Shown piece after piece: positions 12,812 to 24,830 of a DNA stretch of 44,271 nucleotides. A program made the position numbers and the translations under genes. The stretch lies in the NCBI RefSeq assembly GCF_004010195.1, contig NC_057719.1, positions 597,593-641,863 on the forward strand, written 5' to 3'. A model generated the notes under the pieces. It made no database searches, was not told the DNA's origin, and saw nothing but the letters and a program-made list of their open reading frames with translations. Within the stretch, counting starts at the first letter, position 1, and the number at the start of each line of letters is the position of its first letter. Origin of the DNA: Chiloscyllium plagiosum (lineage: Eukaryota).

Positions 12812-13170
12812 AGTGGATTGATCCCTGGAATGAGTGTGTTGCCTTATGGGAAAGGTTGGACAGCCTGGACTTGTTTCCCCTGGAGTTTGGGGTGACTGAT
12901 TGAGATGCATAAGATCCCTGAATGGTCTTGACAAGGAGGGCAAGGAAAGGATGTTTCCTCTTGTGGGTCAGTCCAAAACCAGGGGACACTGTTTTAAGAG
13001 AGAGATGAGGGGAGGTTTCTTTCACTTAGAGGGATGCATGACTCTGAAACTGTCTACCTCAGGAGGTAGTGGAGGTGGAGTCATTGAATATTATTGAGAT
13101 TGAGTTAGATCCTCACTAGCCTGGGGGGAGGGGATCAACAGTTATGAGGAATAGATGGGAATGTGGAATT
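12812..13170 (+). mobile_element. Old CR1 3' fragment
   Basis: GLDKEGKERMFPLVGQSKTRGH. Confidence 0.7.
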
Positions 13171-13214
13171 TGGATTACACACAGGGGGCCACAAAGCCTT
13201 GAGGGGGGTCTGAT

Positions 13215-13985
13215 GGCCTCAAGGCATTACTGTCACTCGGCTATTCATCCACAAACATCCTTTCCACACTCACCTCATCAAGACCATGTCTGCAGACTTG
13301 GGTTTGAATCCACCATGGGGGATGGTGGAATTTAACTTCAATAAAATTCTTGAATTAAGAGTCTAATGATCATCATGAATCCATTGTCGATTGCTGGAAA
13401 AACCCATCTGGGACTATTGTCCTTTAGAGAAGGAAATCTGCCATCATTAGCCATCCTGGCCTTAATGTGACTCCAAACCTACAGCAATGTGGTTGACACT
13501 TAACTGCCCTCTGGGCAAAGCGGTGTAGGTCTAGCCAGTGACACCCAAATAATTCTTTAATTCACTCACGGGACGGAGGCCTCAGTGGGTGGGCCAGCAT
13601 TTCTTGCCCATCCCTTTTTGCATTCGAGAAGGTGGGGCGGGTGAGCTGCCTTCTGGAACCGCTGCAGTCCACTTGCTGTAGATATTTCCTATCGATCTCT
13701 ACAATCGAGTGGCTTGCTCAGCCATTTCAGAAGGCAATTAAGAATCAACCGCATTGCTGTGGGTCTGAGTCATGTGCCAGTCCACCTGGAAATGGCAGCT
13801 TCCTCCCCCCCCCACCGCGGACATTAGAGAGCCAGATGGGTTTTCCTAATAATCGGCAATAGATTCTCGATTCCAGATCATTTTTATTTAATTTAAATTC
13901 CACAGTGTGATTCGAACCTACAACATGAGCTGGGTGTCTGGAATAACAGGCTTGTGATAATACCATAACGCCCCTCACCTCCCCA
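13215..13985. mobile_element. Two family-B SINEs tail-to-tail (+ 13215-13555; - 13555-13985)
   Basis: ggaaaaacccatctgg forward at 13396 and ccagatgggttttcc reverse at 13832. Confidence 0.65.
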
Positions 13986-14522
13986 CGTCATGTAAATCAC
14001 TAACAGAAAGCTGCCTTCTGCTCCTAATTTGTATGTTCAGATGTTTGGTGCTGTTTCATGGAAGACCCTCTTGTTTAGTTTGCAAGATCGGAATGATCAA
14101 AGTCATCATCCTATGAAATTATTTTTGTAGTTTTATTAACTTGTCCTCCCACGATGGCAGATTTATGAATCTGAATTCCTAGGTCAGTTCACTCTTCCAT
14201 CCCTCTTACAGCTCAACCATTTCCTGTATACTTTCATTCATTTTCCTTTGTAAATTATATCACACTCTCTTCTCTCCACTTAAAGTTCATCACACAGGGA
14301 GAAAATGGAATAAAGGGAACATATATAGAGGAGATGTACATGTGGGAGATTGCACAGTGGGAGCAGTGGACTGTAGCATATATGATACAAACTGTGGGAA
14401 ACTGGGGGAGATGGAGTGGGAACATTGAGCTATGTACTGAATAACAGTGGGACTCAGAGGATATACACAGTGATAGGGAGGAGGGAATTTGGAGACAACT
14501 TGGTTTGGGGAAATATACTGGG

Positions 14523-14830
14523 AGGGAGTGCCATAGTGGCTCAGTGGTTAGCACTGCTGCCTCACAGCACTTGCTGCCTCACAGTTCAATCCCAGTTTTG
14601 GATTGTGGTCTTATCTGTGTGGAGTTTGCACGTTCTTCCTGTGCTTATGCCTGAAGCATCGATTCTCTTGCTCCTCGGATGCTGCCTGATTGGCTGTGCT
14701 TTTCCAGCACCACTCTCTCGACCCACATTCTCCCCGTGTCTACATGGATTTCCTCCCAAAGTCCAAAGATGTGCAGGTTTGGTTGACTGGCCATGCTAAA
14801 TTACCCATTGTGTCCAGGGATGTGTAGGTC
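14523..14830 (+). mobile_element. HE1 (V-SINE) interrupted by a Penelope terminal fragment (about 14643-14722)
   Basis: tRNA-like head gtggctcagtggttagcactgctgcctcacagc; V-domain split by gctcctcggatgctgcctga block. Confidence 0.75.
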
Positions 14831-14934
14831 AGCAAGGAATATGGAGAAATATACAATGGGAGGTTTTAGGCTATGTGGAGTGCCAGATGTGTAAAGTAGG
14901 TGTTAAACAATGAACCAGGGTGCTGCGATTGTAC

Positions 14935-15105
14935 CTGCCCCTCATTCTGTCCATCTCGCAGTTTTGCCTCGAATGTTACCAGACAGCCTTTTAAAGTGCC
15001 CAGGCGGTGGGAGAGGATCTCGAGATCGGGTTGTAGAGTGTCGTTACCTTCTTGACCAGCCTGGGCCAGCTCACACACCTTCTCCTCAATCTCCAGCAGC
15101 GCACT
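14935..15105 (-). CDS. SYNE2: SYNE2 exon: SALLEIEEKVCELAQAGQEGNDTLQPDLEILSHRLGTLKGCLVTFEAKLRDGQNEGQ
   Basis: Acceptor ccttcctcacag, donor CAG|gtacaa, 171 nt, phase 0-0. Confidence 0.92.
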
Positions 15106-15596
15106 CTGTGAGGAAGGTGCACAAAGGGAACACAGGTTTACATTACAGCTCACACACCATGTTCTGCACAGCCAAATATTTACAGGCCGACTGGGCCTGG
15201 TAATCTATCCAGTGCTGCAGCCAGTTTGTGTACAGCAAGTCCCCAAAATGAGCAACATGATAACCTGTCCTGGTGATGTTGACTGAGGGTTAAATATTTG
15301 ACCAGGTCATCAGGTAAAACCCCTTGCTCTCCATCAAAAAGTACATCTATCTGCAAGCAAAGGGAGGGCCTCTGTCTAACATCTCAGCTAAAAATTGGCA
15401 CCTTGAGCTGGGCCTGGGCCTGGCACCCTGTCAGCAATGACCCTACACCCACCCGCCCCCCGCCCCGGGTTGGGGGAAGGAGACATCCTGTCAGCAACAA
15501 CCCATCCCCTACTGGGTTGGAAGGAACGGGACATCCTGTTAGCACTGACAGTCCCCTGACTCAGACAGGAGGGGGGGGGGGGGTGCAGTTGGAAAT

Positions 15597-15995
15597 CCTG
15601 GGCCTCCTCCACTGCCTCTCCCTCACCACCAGACGCCTGGAGGAAGAACGCCTCATCTTCTGCCTCGGAACACTTCAACTCCAGGGCATCAATGTGGATT
15701 TCACCAGTTTCCTCATTTCCCCATCCCCCACCTTACCCCAGTTCCAACCTCATGACCTGTCCTACCCACCAATCTTCCTTCCCACCTACCCGCCCCGCCC
15801 TCCTCTCTGACCTATCACCTTTACTTCCACCTTCATCCATCTTTTGCACTCTTGGCTACCTTCTCCCCAGCCCCACCCTCCCATTTATCTCTCAATCCCG
15901 AGGCTCCCAGCCTCATTCCTGATGAAGGGCTCCTGCCCGAAACATCGATTTTCCTGCTCCTCCGATGCTGCCTGACCTGCAACACGCTAGTCTTG
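15597..15995 (+). mobile_element. Penelope 3' fragment (GIY-YIG C-terminus plus terminal repeat)
   Basis: LGLLHC..RRLEEERLIFCLGTLQLQGINVDF followed by hammerhead-like motif. Confidence 0.85.
15915..15950 (+). ncRNA. Hammerhead ribozyme-like motif with CpG-decayed stem III
   Basis: CTGATGA(15919)-A-GGGC-TCCT-GCCC-GAAA-CA-TC, directly 3' of Penelope GIY-YIG coding remnant. Confidence 0.55.
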
Positions 15996-16571
15996 ACTCT
16001 CCCCCCTGACTCAGAGACAGGCGAGTTAGTTGGTGATTCACAGCTGATATGAGAGGTAGAGGAAAACTAGTCAGATGTTGGAGCTTACAAAGAATGCGTC
16101 ACACTCAGACATGAGATAATGAGCAGGAATAACATAATGTTCTGTTTGGATTGACCAATTGGCTCTTTATTACCTTGCCATCCCCCAGTGAGATATTTCT
16201 GAGTTCAGGGATCAATTCTCAGTGTAATACAAGGCTCCAGAGTAAAATAAAAACAACCTTTGCATCTAAAGGAGCTGATTAGAGCTCCACGGTTACCTTA
16301 ACAGCTCAGGTGGTACAGCAGCAAGGGACTGAGACATGAATTCAATAAGAACACAATGTTTTGTGAGCTGCTAATGTAATCTTTCTGTATTTTTCCCAGA
16401 AACTATTAGCAGACATAGCTCTGGGCCAGAAGAAATTCATTCTCTAGCCACATAATCACGTTGACCTTTTCATCATTTTTAAGGATCTATTAATTTCCCT
16501 CCTCACCCAACGTCTTCCAGGCCCTTGTTAAAACACAGCAGAAATAAATCGAGTGCAAATCACCTGGAGTT

Positions 16572-16945
16572 ACACACACACACTTGCACACATATGTGCA
16601 TGCACATGAACACATACATAACACACACATGCGTGCACACACACAAACATTTGAACAAGTATGTATTCACACACAAATACACTAGCGTGCACATGTTCGT
16701 GCAGGCACACAAACACACTCGCACACATATACACACATTCATTCGCACACACACAATGCATGCACACAAACGCACATACTGGCGCAGACACTCACGGGGT
16801 TCTGTATCGTACAGCCTGCAACAACTCCGATACAACTTAGACAGATCAGAAATTCAGAGATGCTGCACTCCAACTGAGCGGAGAGAATGACTGAGAGAGA
16901 GATGGAGAGGGAGAAAGAGAGAGAGAGAGAGAGAGACAGAGAGTG
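16572..16945. repeat. Degenerate (CA)n tract (16572-16780) and (GA)n tract (16892-16943)
   Basis: Direct inspection. Confidence 0.85.
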
Positions 16946-17949
16946 AACAAACCGGTTTCTGATTCAAGGAAAACAGGTAGGGGCTCATCTTGTGTCTTTT
17001 TGGTTAAGTCCGTATTTTGTCAGGTTTTTTGGAGGCCTTTTCTGCTGGAAGGCCAAGTGAATTCTCTCAGTATATCTTACTAAATGAGCCACATTAAATA
17101 TCTACCCCATCAGATTCCAGCCCCATTGCCAGGACAATTTGCCACCCCTCGGATATCCTACAGTTCCCTGGCATCTCCTTACATCCAGGTCTTCTTTAAA
17201 ATGTCATTGGACACTTGGATGAGCACTATCAGTCCAGAGCAGCCCTGGCTGCTTCCCCAAACATGGAACCCTGAGCCCATTTCCTGTACATGCATTACCA
17301 ATGGGAGAAGAAATGGTTAGAAATTAAACATAGCTGTGCTTCACAAACACGTGCTTTATGGATTTGCCCTTTCAATGTCTGAAGTGCCAGCAGCACATTC
17401 ACACATCAAACTGAGACAGACCCAGCCATCTTGGGCATTGGTAGTTGCATTTCACAGTACGTGGTGGCAGCACATGGTGGACACTGTCAGTACTGTACAG
17501 TGCCTGGTCACCAGGACCCCACCCTGCACCCCCAGCCACCCGGCACAAAGCTTCCACATCCCCGACCTCGACTGCCCATTTACATCACCCTCCCCATGTT
17601 GAGACCCACCGCAATGAATGTTGCCTGTCCCCTGAAACCCGACATTACACCTCAACGATGCCTCCACCCCACCCCCATTGCTCCCACATCCCCCCCCCCA
17701 ACTCCTGTGGATGGTCACTGCCAAATAAAAGCCCCTTCTGTAGCCTACCGTGCCCCCTCTTTTACACCTTCAGGTCTCCTTATCTCCACCTCAACACGTA
17801 CCTGGGTTTGACCTTCACTGACCCAGTGATCCCCATTTGCAGGTACAGAGCCATTCCTTCTTGCACTCTCCGCAGCCACAAACACCAAGATCTCCCCCCC
17901 CCAGGAACGGATTCAGCCCAGACCTTTGACTGACTTTGACAAGCACCCA

Positions 17950-18026
17950 GCCCAAAACGTCGATTCTCCTGCTCCTCGGATGCTGCCTGACCTGCTGGGC
18001 TTTTCCAGTACTACACTCTTGACTCT
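17950..18026 (+). mobile_element. Penelope terminal-repeat fragment
   Basis: gcccaaaacgtcgattctcctgctcctcggatgctgcctgacctgctgggcttttccag. Confidence 0.75.
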
Positions 18027-18678
18027 GTCCCCTTCCTGCTGTGTACACAGCAGCTTCTGCCCAGATCCATTTCCTTTTAAAATGTATTTGATGGCTTTCC
18101 CTCCACAGCCTTCTCTAGCAAAGGATTCCACAGAGTGTCACTGCCCTCTGAGTGAAGACATTTCTCCACATCTTAGTCCAAAACGGGCATACCCCTCCCC
18201 TGTATCCTGAGGCCGTGACCCCTGACTCAGCACTGCACAGGAAACATCCTCCCTCATCCAGGCTGTCCAGCCCTGTTAGAGTTTTATACATTTCAATAAA
18301 AACCCCTGTCATTCTTCTAAACCCCAGTGAACACAGCCCCAGTTAACCCAAGCTCTCCTGCCATCTCAGCAACCTGTCTCACGAACATTCACTGCATTCC
18401 CGCTACAGAAAGTATATTTTTTCTTTGGTGAGGACAGCGGACTGCAGACAACACTCTAGGTGTGTGCTCACAAATACAGCTGCAGGAAGTTATCTCTGCT
18501 CCTGTAATTAAACCCACCAGCAATGAAGGCTGACATACCTTTTGCCTTCCTGATTGTTTTCAATGGCTGGTGTGTAAGGACACCCAGATCCCTTTGGACA
18601 GCTATACTTCCCAAACATAATTTAAATAATGCTCTGCCATTCTGTTTGTTGTACCAAAGCAGACCACTTTACACTTAT

Positions 18679-18865
18679 GCAGAAGTGGGTACTGCAGATG
18701 CTGGAGATTAGAGTCAAGATTAGAGTGGTGCTGGAAAAGCACAGCAGGTCAGGCAGCATCTGAGGAGCAGGAAAATCGACGTTTCGGGCAAAAGCCATTC
18801 ATCGATTTTCCTGCTGCTCGGATGCTGCCTGACCTGCTGTGCTTTTCCAGCCCCACTCTAATCTT
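18679..18865. mobile_element. Head-to-head Penelope terminal-repeat insertion with 14-bp TSD
   Basis: cactttacacttat at 18665-18678 and 18866-18879; about 62-bp inverted arms. Confidence 0.85.
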
Positions 18866-19358
18866 CACTTTACACTTATTCACATTATACTGCATCTGCT
18901 ACATACTTGTCCATTCACTCAACATGTCTAAATTACCTGATGCCTTGTTGCACTGTCCTCACCACTGTGTTTTGAGTCATTGTAAGTTTGGAAATACCAC
19001 ATGTAATTCCCTCATCTCCACTTTGTGAACGGCTGCAGCCTAACCAGTGTTAACCTACAGTACTCCACCTGTCACCACCTTCCTTTCCAAACATTACGCA
19101 TTCATGCCTACTGCCGATATATTACCACCAACCAGTGTGCCATAATGTTGATCATTAACCTTCTCTCTGGGACATTATCAAAAGTTTTCTGAAAATCTAA
19201 ATACACCACATCTATTGGTTCAACTGCATCAATTCTAGCAATTACATCTGCAAATAAACTCCAGAAAGCTTATCAAACGTGGTTTCATTAAGCCATGTTG
19301 ACTTTGTGTAATGCTATTGGTATTTTCCAAGTGTCCTGCTATTCCATCCTTTATACAA

Positions 19359-19703
19359 GGGGAGGTGATTGCCTAGACTATTAATCCAGAGACCCAGACA
19401 ATGCCCTGTGGACCCAGGTTCAAACCCTACCATAGCAGATGGTGAAGTTTGAATTCAATGTTTAAAAATTTGGAATTACAAGTCTAATGATGACCATGAA
19501 TCCATGGTCGATTGTTTGAAAAAACCCATCTGGGTCACTAATGTCCTTTAAGGAAGGAATCTGCCATCCTTACCTGGTCTGGCCTACATGTGACTCCAGA
19601 CTCACAGCAATGTGGCTGACACTCAATTGCTCTCTGGGTAATTAGGGATGGGCATGAAATGCTGGCTTGGCTGTGACATCCTCATCGCATGAATGAATAT
19701 AAA
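19359..19703 (+). mobile_element. Shark SINE (family B), near full length
   Basis: tRNA-like head with ggttcaaaccc B-box, conserved core, tail gggtaattagggatgggcatgaaatgctggc..atgaatgaat. Confidence 0.75.
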
Positions 19704-20619
19704 AGATTCCCTATGGCTTATGTTCAGCTAACCAGTCTGTAATTCCCATTTTTCTCCATCTCTCCTTTTCTAAACAATGGAGTTACATTTTCCACCCTCC
19801 AATCTGCTGGGAATGAAGAGAATTTTGGAAGATGTCAATTAATAGATAGACTATCTTTGTGACCACCTCCTTAGCACCCCGGGATGTAGATTATAAGGCC
19901 CTGGGGATTTATTAAATTTCAGTTCTATTAATTTCTCCAGTATTTTAATATATTAATTTTAATTAATCAATTCCCTTTAATTCCTCCTTCCCAAATGACC
20001 TCTGCATCCCGAGCATTTCTAGGTTATTTTATGTTCTCTTTAGTGAAGTCAGAGTGAAAGTGGTTGTTTAATTGCTCTGCTAGTTCCTTCATTCCATAAT
20101 TCATTTGTTTATTTAAGAATGAAAGGGGTCTTCTTTGTCTTCATTAATTTTTTTTGCATCCTTAAAGAAGTTTCTACAATCCAGCTTTATGTTCCTTGCA
20201 AGTTGTCTACTATGTTCCTCTTAATCAATCTCTTGGTCCTCCTTGCTGAATTTTGAACTCCTCTCTGTCCTCAGGCTCACTGCTTTATGAATAGATTTAT
20301 ATGACTCCTCTTTGGATCTAATGCTATCCTCGATTTATTTTGTTAGCCACGTTTGGGCCACTTTTCCTGTTGTGTTCTTTCACTCAAAAGAAATGTATAA
20401 CTGTTCTATTAATTCCTTACCTGGCCTCTCCATTGTCATGCCTTTCAATTAACTTGCTCACTCTATCACAGCCAGCTCATCATTCTTAACTTCATTGGTT
20501 ATTTATATCTAGGGCTGCAGTTGCAAATTGGACTATTTTACTTTTGATATCAATGAGGAAGACCAGTATGTTATGGTCACTTTTTCTTAAAAAACCACAC
20601 ATAAGAATAGTAATCTGGA

Positions 20620-21930
20620 GAGATCTCCTTCCTGATCAACACCTCCCGGTGCTCAGACGTGGTGACCCTGGTCAATTACTGCTCCCCAGGCCTGGAATAA
20701 CTAACAATGCAGTGCCATCCCTACTACCTGCTGCAGGGGTTCACCTCCGCTATCCTGACAGCAGTTTACACCACTACAAACAGCCTTGAGATAGAATACC
20801 CTGAAGGCTTTGTTCATCGGAGATGGTGAGTTCAACCAGGCCAACCTCAAGAATGTGCCACCAAGATATCCTCAATATGTCACCTGTCCCACCAGAGGCC
20901 CCAACACCCTGGTCCATTGCTAAACAACCATCAAAGATACCTCCCGCTCCATTCCCCCCCATCCGCATTTTGGTAAGTCCGATCATAAGGGTGTGATCCC
21001 TCTCCCAGCTTCCATGCAGAAACTGAAGCATGAGGACCTGGTACAGAAAGGTGTATAGTGCTGGTCTGAAGTAACAGACAAACTCCTATATGATTCATTG
21101 GAGTCGGTGGACTGGCCTATGTTCAAAAACACAGCGGCCAACCGAAATGAGTATGTCCCTAATGTTACAGACTTCGTCAGTAAGTATGTAGAGGTCTGCA
21201 TGCCGAAAACGTTAATCCGAGTATTCCCCAACCAGAAACCACGGATGAACTGACAGATCCTCTCCTTTCTGAAGTCCAGGGCTGAGATGTTCTAGTCGGA
21301 TGACCCTGACCTTTACAGGAAACCCAGGTATGACCTTCACAGAGCCATCAGGGATACCAAGAGCCAATCCCAGACTAGACTAGAGAGCCAGAGTAACCAC
21401 ACGATTACACGGGGCTGTGACAAGGCTGACTCACTGTAACGGGCTACAAACTGATGTAGAATCACTGACAACACTGTATCCCTCCCCAATGAGCTTCGTG
21501 CATTCTACACTCGTTTTCAACAGAAGGTCAGTGAAATGATGTCACTGCCCTGACAGCCTGGGCTGCCCCTGTACCCACAGTCACTGCCGCAGGGGGCAGA
21601 CTGACCTCTGGAGGGTGAACCCACAGAAAGTGACCGACCTGGATGGAGCCCCCAGCTGTGAACTCACATCCTGCACGGACCAGCTGACGGGAGTGTTTGC
21701 AGACATCTTTAACCCCTCCTTACTACGATGTGAGGTTAATAATGGCACACATCAAATACAGTCTCTCAGATTGCTGTGATCCACTACAATTCACTTCCTG
21801 TTACAATAGATCTTCTGCAGATGCCATCTCTCTGGCTATACACTGCCAGCTGGAACATCTAGATATCAAGGACATCTACGTCCTATTTATTGACTTTAGC
21901 TCCACTTTCAGCACCATAATTCCAACTAAA
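20620..21930 (+). mobile_element. Rex1/Babar LINE remnant
   Basis: [51 protein letters not shown]. Confidence 0.85.
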
Positions 21931-23860
21931 CTCCCTCCCTTAGGGCATTGTAGGTCAACACCTTTAGCATGTGGACTGCAGCAGTTCAAGGAGACAGTAT
22001 TCCACCACCTTCTCAAGGTTAACTAGGGACAGCCAATAAATGCTGGCCCAGCCAGTGACATCCACATCCCGTGAGTGAATAAAAAGAAACAAATCTTGGA
22101 TAATCAGCCCTGAGTTGGTTCCTCTATGCACTGGTCTAACATTCCATTTTGTACATGCTCCAAGAATTTATCCACCATGGTATTAATTCAAATGTAGATT
22201 AGAATCACCCAGGATTATTACAGTGCCCTTGTTGCACACATCTCTAATTTCCTGTTTAATGACATTCCCCACCTTTACATTATTGTTTGAGAGTCCTATA
22301 GACAACTCCCACTGGTGTTTTATGCTGCTTGCTGCTTCTTCACACCACAGTAATAGATTTCCTGCACCAATGTTCTTTCCAACTATTGCACTGATTTCAT
22401 CTCTCACTAACAATGCCAGCACACCTCATTTTCCATTTTGCCTGTTCCTCCTGACTGAATATCCTGCAGCCATGTCTCTGTAATCACATTTATAACCATT
22501 TACATTGTTAACTCACTGACTTTGTTGAGAATGCTCTGTGCGTTCAGACATAGATTAATTTTGACTATCTGAAATTTTATATCCATCATTTTTGTACCCC
22601 AGCTGTGCTGCTGCCAGACCGTTTCCCCTGTTTTCCACATCTGCTTTCTACATTTTTATTTCTCATTTCTATCTTTATTTCCATCACTCTTGTCTCCTTG
22701 TTCAAGTTCCTGCAATCTGCTGTCAACAAACAGCAAAGATAAGCATCAGGCCAACTAAATAATCACATGATATATTTGAATTCTCTTAAAATGTCAGCGA
22801 TGGGGGAGTAAAAAGCTGTTTAACCAAGAGTCAAGAATCGTTCAACTCTGAAACAAAGCAATTTCTTCCTTTCCGTTTGGCTGGGGAAGGTGGGAGCCAA
22901 AAGGACCTTTGAGGAACATGTCCAAACTGAGCTGCCAACCCACATTACAGGATCGTTTCATCTGATTCCAATCCAATCTAGTTTGACCCGGTTTAAAAGC
23001 AAGCTTTTGGTCTTCTGGCTTAATGTCTCCTTTATGGAGCTCAATTTTCATTGTGATTGATCAGGTCCTTGAGATTTCACATTTCATTAAATGTGCTATA
23101 CAAGTGTAAGTTTGCATTGTTGATCAAATATCACATGATCAAATCCACAACGACTGCACCCAATGAGAGCTGGTAACCCTGGGCTACAGACTGGTTTAAT
23201 GAATAGACTATGACTGCAGCTCTAGCTGAACTGGAGCTTGTTTAAATATTAACTTGTGTTACTCTCCTGTATAAGAACAAACAGACCGCACTCAGCTCAC
23301 TGTCAGTTTTGAATCCCTATAGGCAGCAGCTGGTCTGTAACAGACTGACAGAGCCTGACACTGACCCTTGACAGTGCAGACAGTGGACCTTACTGGTCTG
23401 GGGTAGGGAGACGGCTGGTGTTCACCATATCTCACAGACAGCGAGGTGCAGGGGAGAGGTACTGAACTTTGACCCAAACCTTAATGCTCAAGTGAAGGGA
23501 GACAGAATTCCCTGTTGACAGGAATTGTCACCACAGGGACAGTACAACTCAGACACTGACCTTTCACCCAACTCACCTGGTAGTGATGCAGCACCAAGTC
23601 CATGATCCTGGAGATTTTTGAGTGGGAGGAGACTTGTTGAACTTTAACCTTCACTCACCTGACTCCAGTGAAGTCATCACTCCCTTATCTGTAGGGATAG
23701 GTGTTGGAATCAGGGGCTGGGGAGGGAAATGTTGGGAATGGTCAGAGGACTGATAGGATGGCAGGGATTGGGGGGAAATCCGAATAGGTGAGAAGGGGAG
23801 TGATGGAAGTGGAGAGACAGTAAAGGTGGGAGGGTTGGGGAGAATTGGGAGTGGGCTGAA

Positions 23861-23957
23861 GGGTCAAGATTAGAGTGGTGCTGGAAAAGCACAGCAGGTC
23901 AGGCAGCGTCCGAGGAGCAGGAAAATCGACGTTTTGGACAAATGCCCTTCATCAGGA
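23861..23957 (-). mobile_element. Penelope terminal-repeat fragment with decayed hammerhead core
   Basis: Reverse strand ctgatgaagggcatttgtccaaaacgtcgattttcctgctcctcgg. Confidence 0.75.
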
Positions 23958-24292
23958 CAGTGTTGAAATTTGGTGATGGATGGAGAGACCGAGGGAGGCT
24001 AAAAGATGAGAGGGAGTTTGGGGCATGGATAGTGGCAAGTGGTGCCGCTGGACAATGGATAGAGGTTTGATGTGGAGAGGATTTCTGGAATGAACTGTGG
24101 AGGGGGTGGGGGGGGTGGGATGGTGGGGTGGGGTGGGGTGGTGAGGGGTGGGGTGGGTTGTCTGATTAAAGGCAACTGCACCAAAACATAGCCAATGAGC
24201 TTTTACAGGACAGAAAGAGACCCTTCGGCCCATCATGTCCACGTACGGCATCAAACATCCATCTATTCTAAATATGGCCCACAGACTCTGAC

Positions 24293-24433
24293 CTGTGACT
24301 GTAGCAGATGCTCCTCCACATCCTGGTGCATCTCCTGGTCTCCAGCGCACTCTCCCAGTGACCCCTGGACTGTGTCCAACCAACGCTCCAGAGCAGCAGC
24401 TCGGTCCTGGCACTCATGGAGATCCTCCAACGG
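24293..24433 (-). CDS. SYNE2: SYNE2 exon: PLEDLHECQDRAAALERWLDTVQGSLGECAGDQEMHQDVEEHLLQSQ
   Basis: Long pyrimidine tract ending ctcacag, donor CAG|gtcaga, 141 nt; spectrin-repeat LERWL motif. Confidence 0.92.
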
Positions 24434-24439
24434 CTGTGA

Positions 24440-24830
24440 GAATGGCAGAGGGGGAAGGAGCAGTGAGGAGAACAGAGGAGTGACAGGACAATAGAGGAAG
24501 AGAGATGAGAGTGAGCAAGGTGAAGGGCATGAGGAAAAGGGAGAAGAGAAGGAAGGAAAGTGAAAGGGTGAGGGATCCAGATGAGGGCGCAAGAGGGTGT
24601 TAGATGGAGGAAAGTGAGTGGGACAGTAGATACAGGAAGATGGGATGGGATGAGGAGGGGGGGAACATCAGGATAGGAATTGAGGGAGGATGGAAAGAGA
24701 GAGTGGGGAGGTATGGAGTGAGTGAGTGAAAAAAAGGAGGAAGAGAAGGAGGGAAAGGACGGGAGTGAGGGAGAGGGTGAGATGGAGGGATAGAGGTGAG
24801 AGGCAAGAGTCAAGTCATGAGAGAACAAAG
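24440..24830. repeat. Purine-rich low-complexity tract (pyrimidine-rich on gene strand)
   Basis: About 390 bp almost lacking C on + strand, directly upstream of the 24433 acceptor. Confidence 0.8.

Larger units (their letters stand above)
18060..22550 (-). mobile_element. Old, long CR1 LINE fragmented by nested insertions
   Basis: 3' end near 18100 (IEMYKTLTGLDSLD), RT remnants near 19150-19320, endonuclease remnant IILGDSNLH near 22200. Confidence 0.7.
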
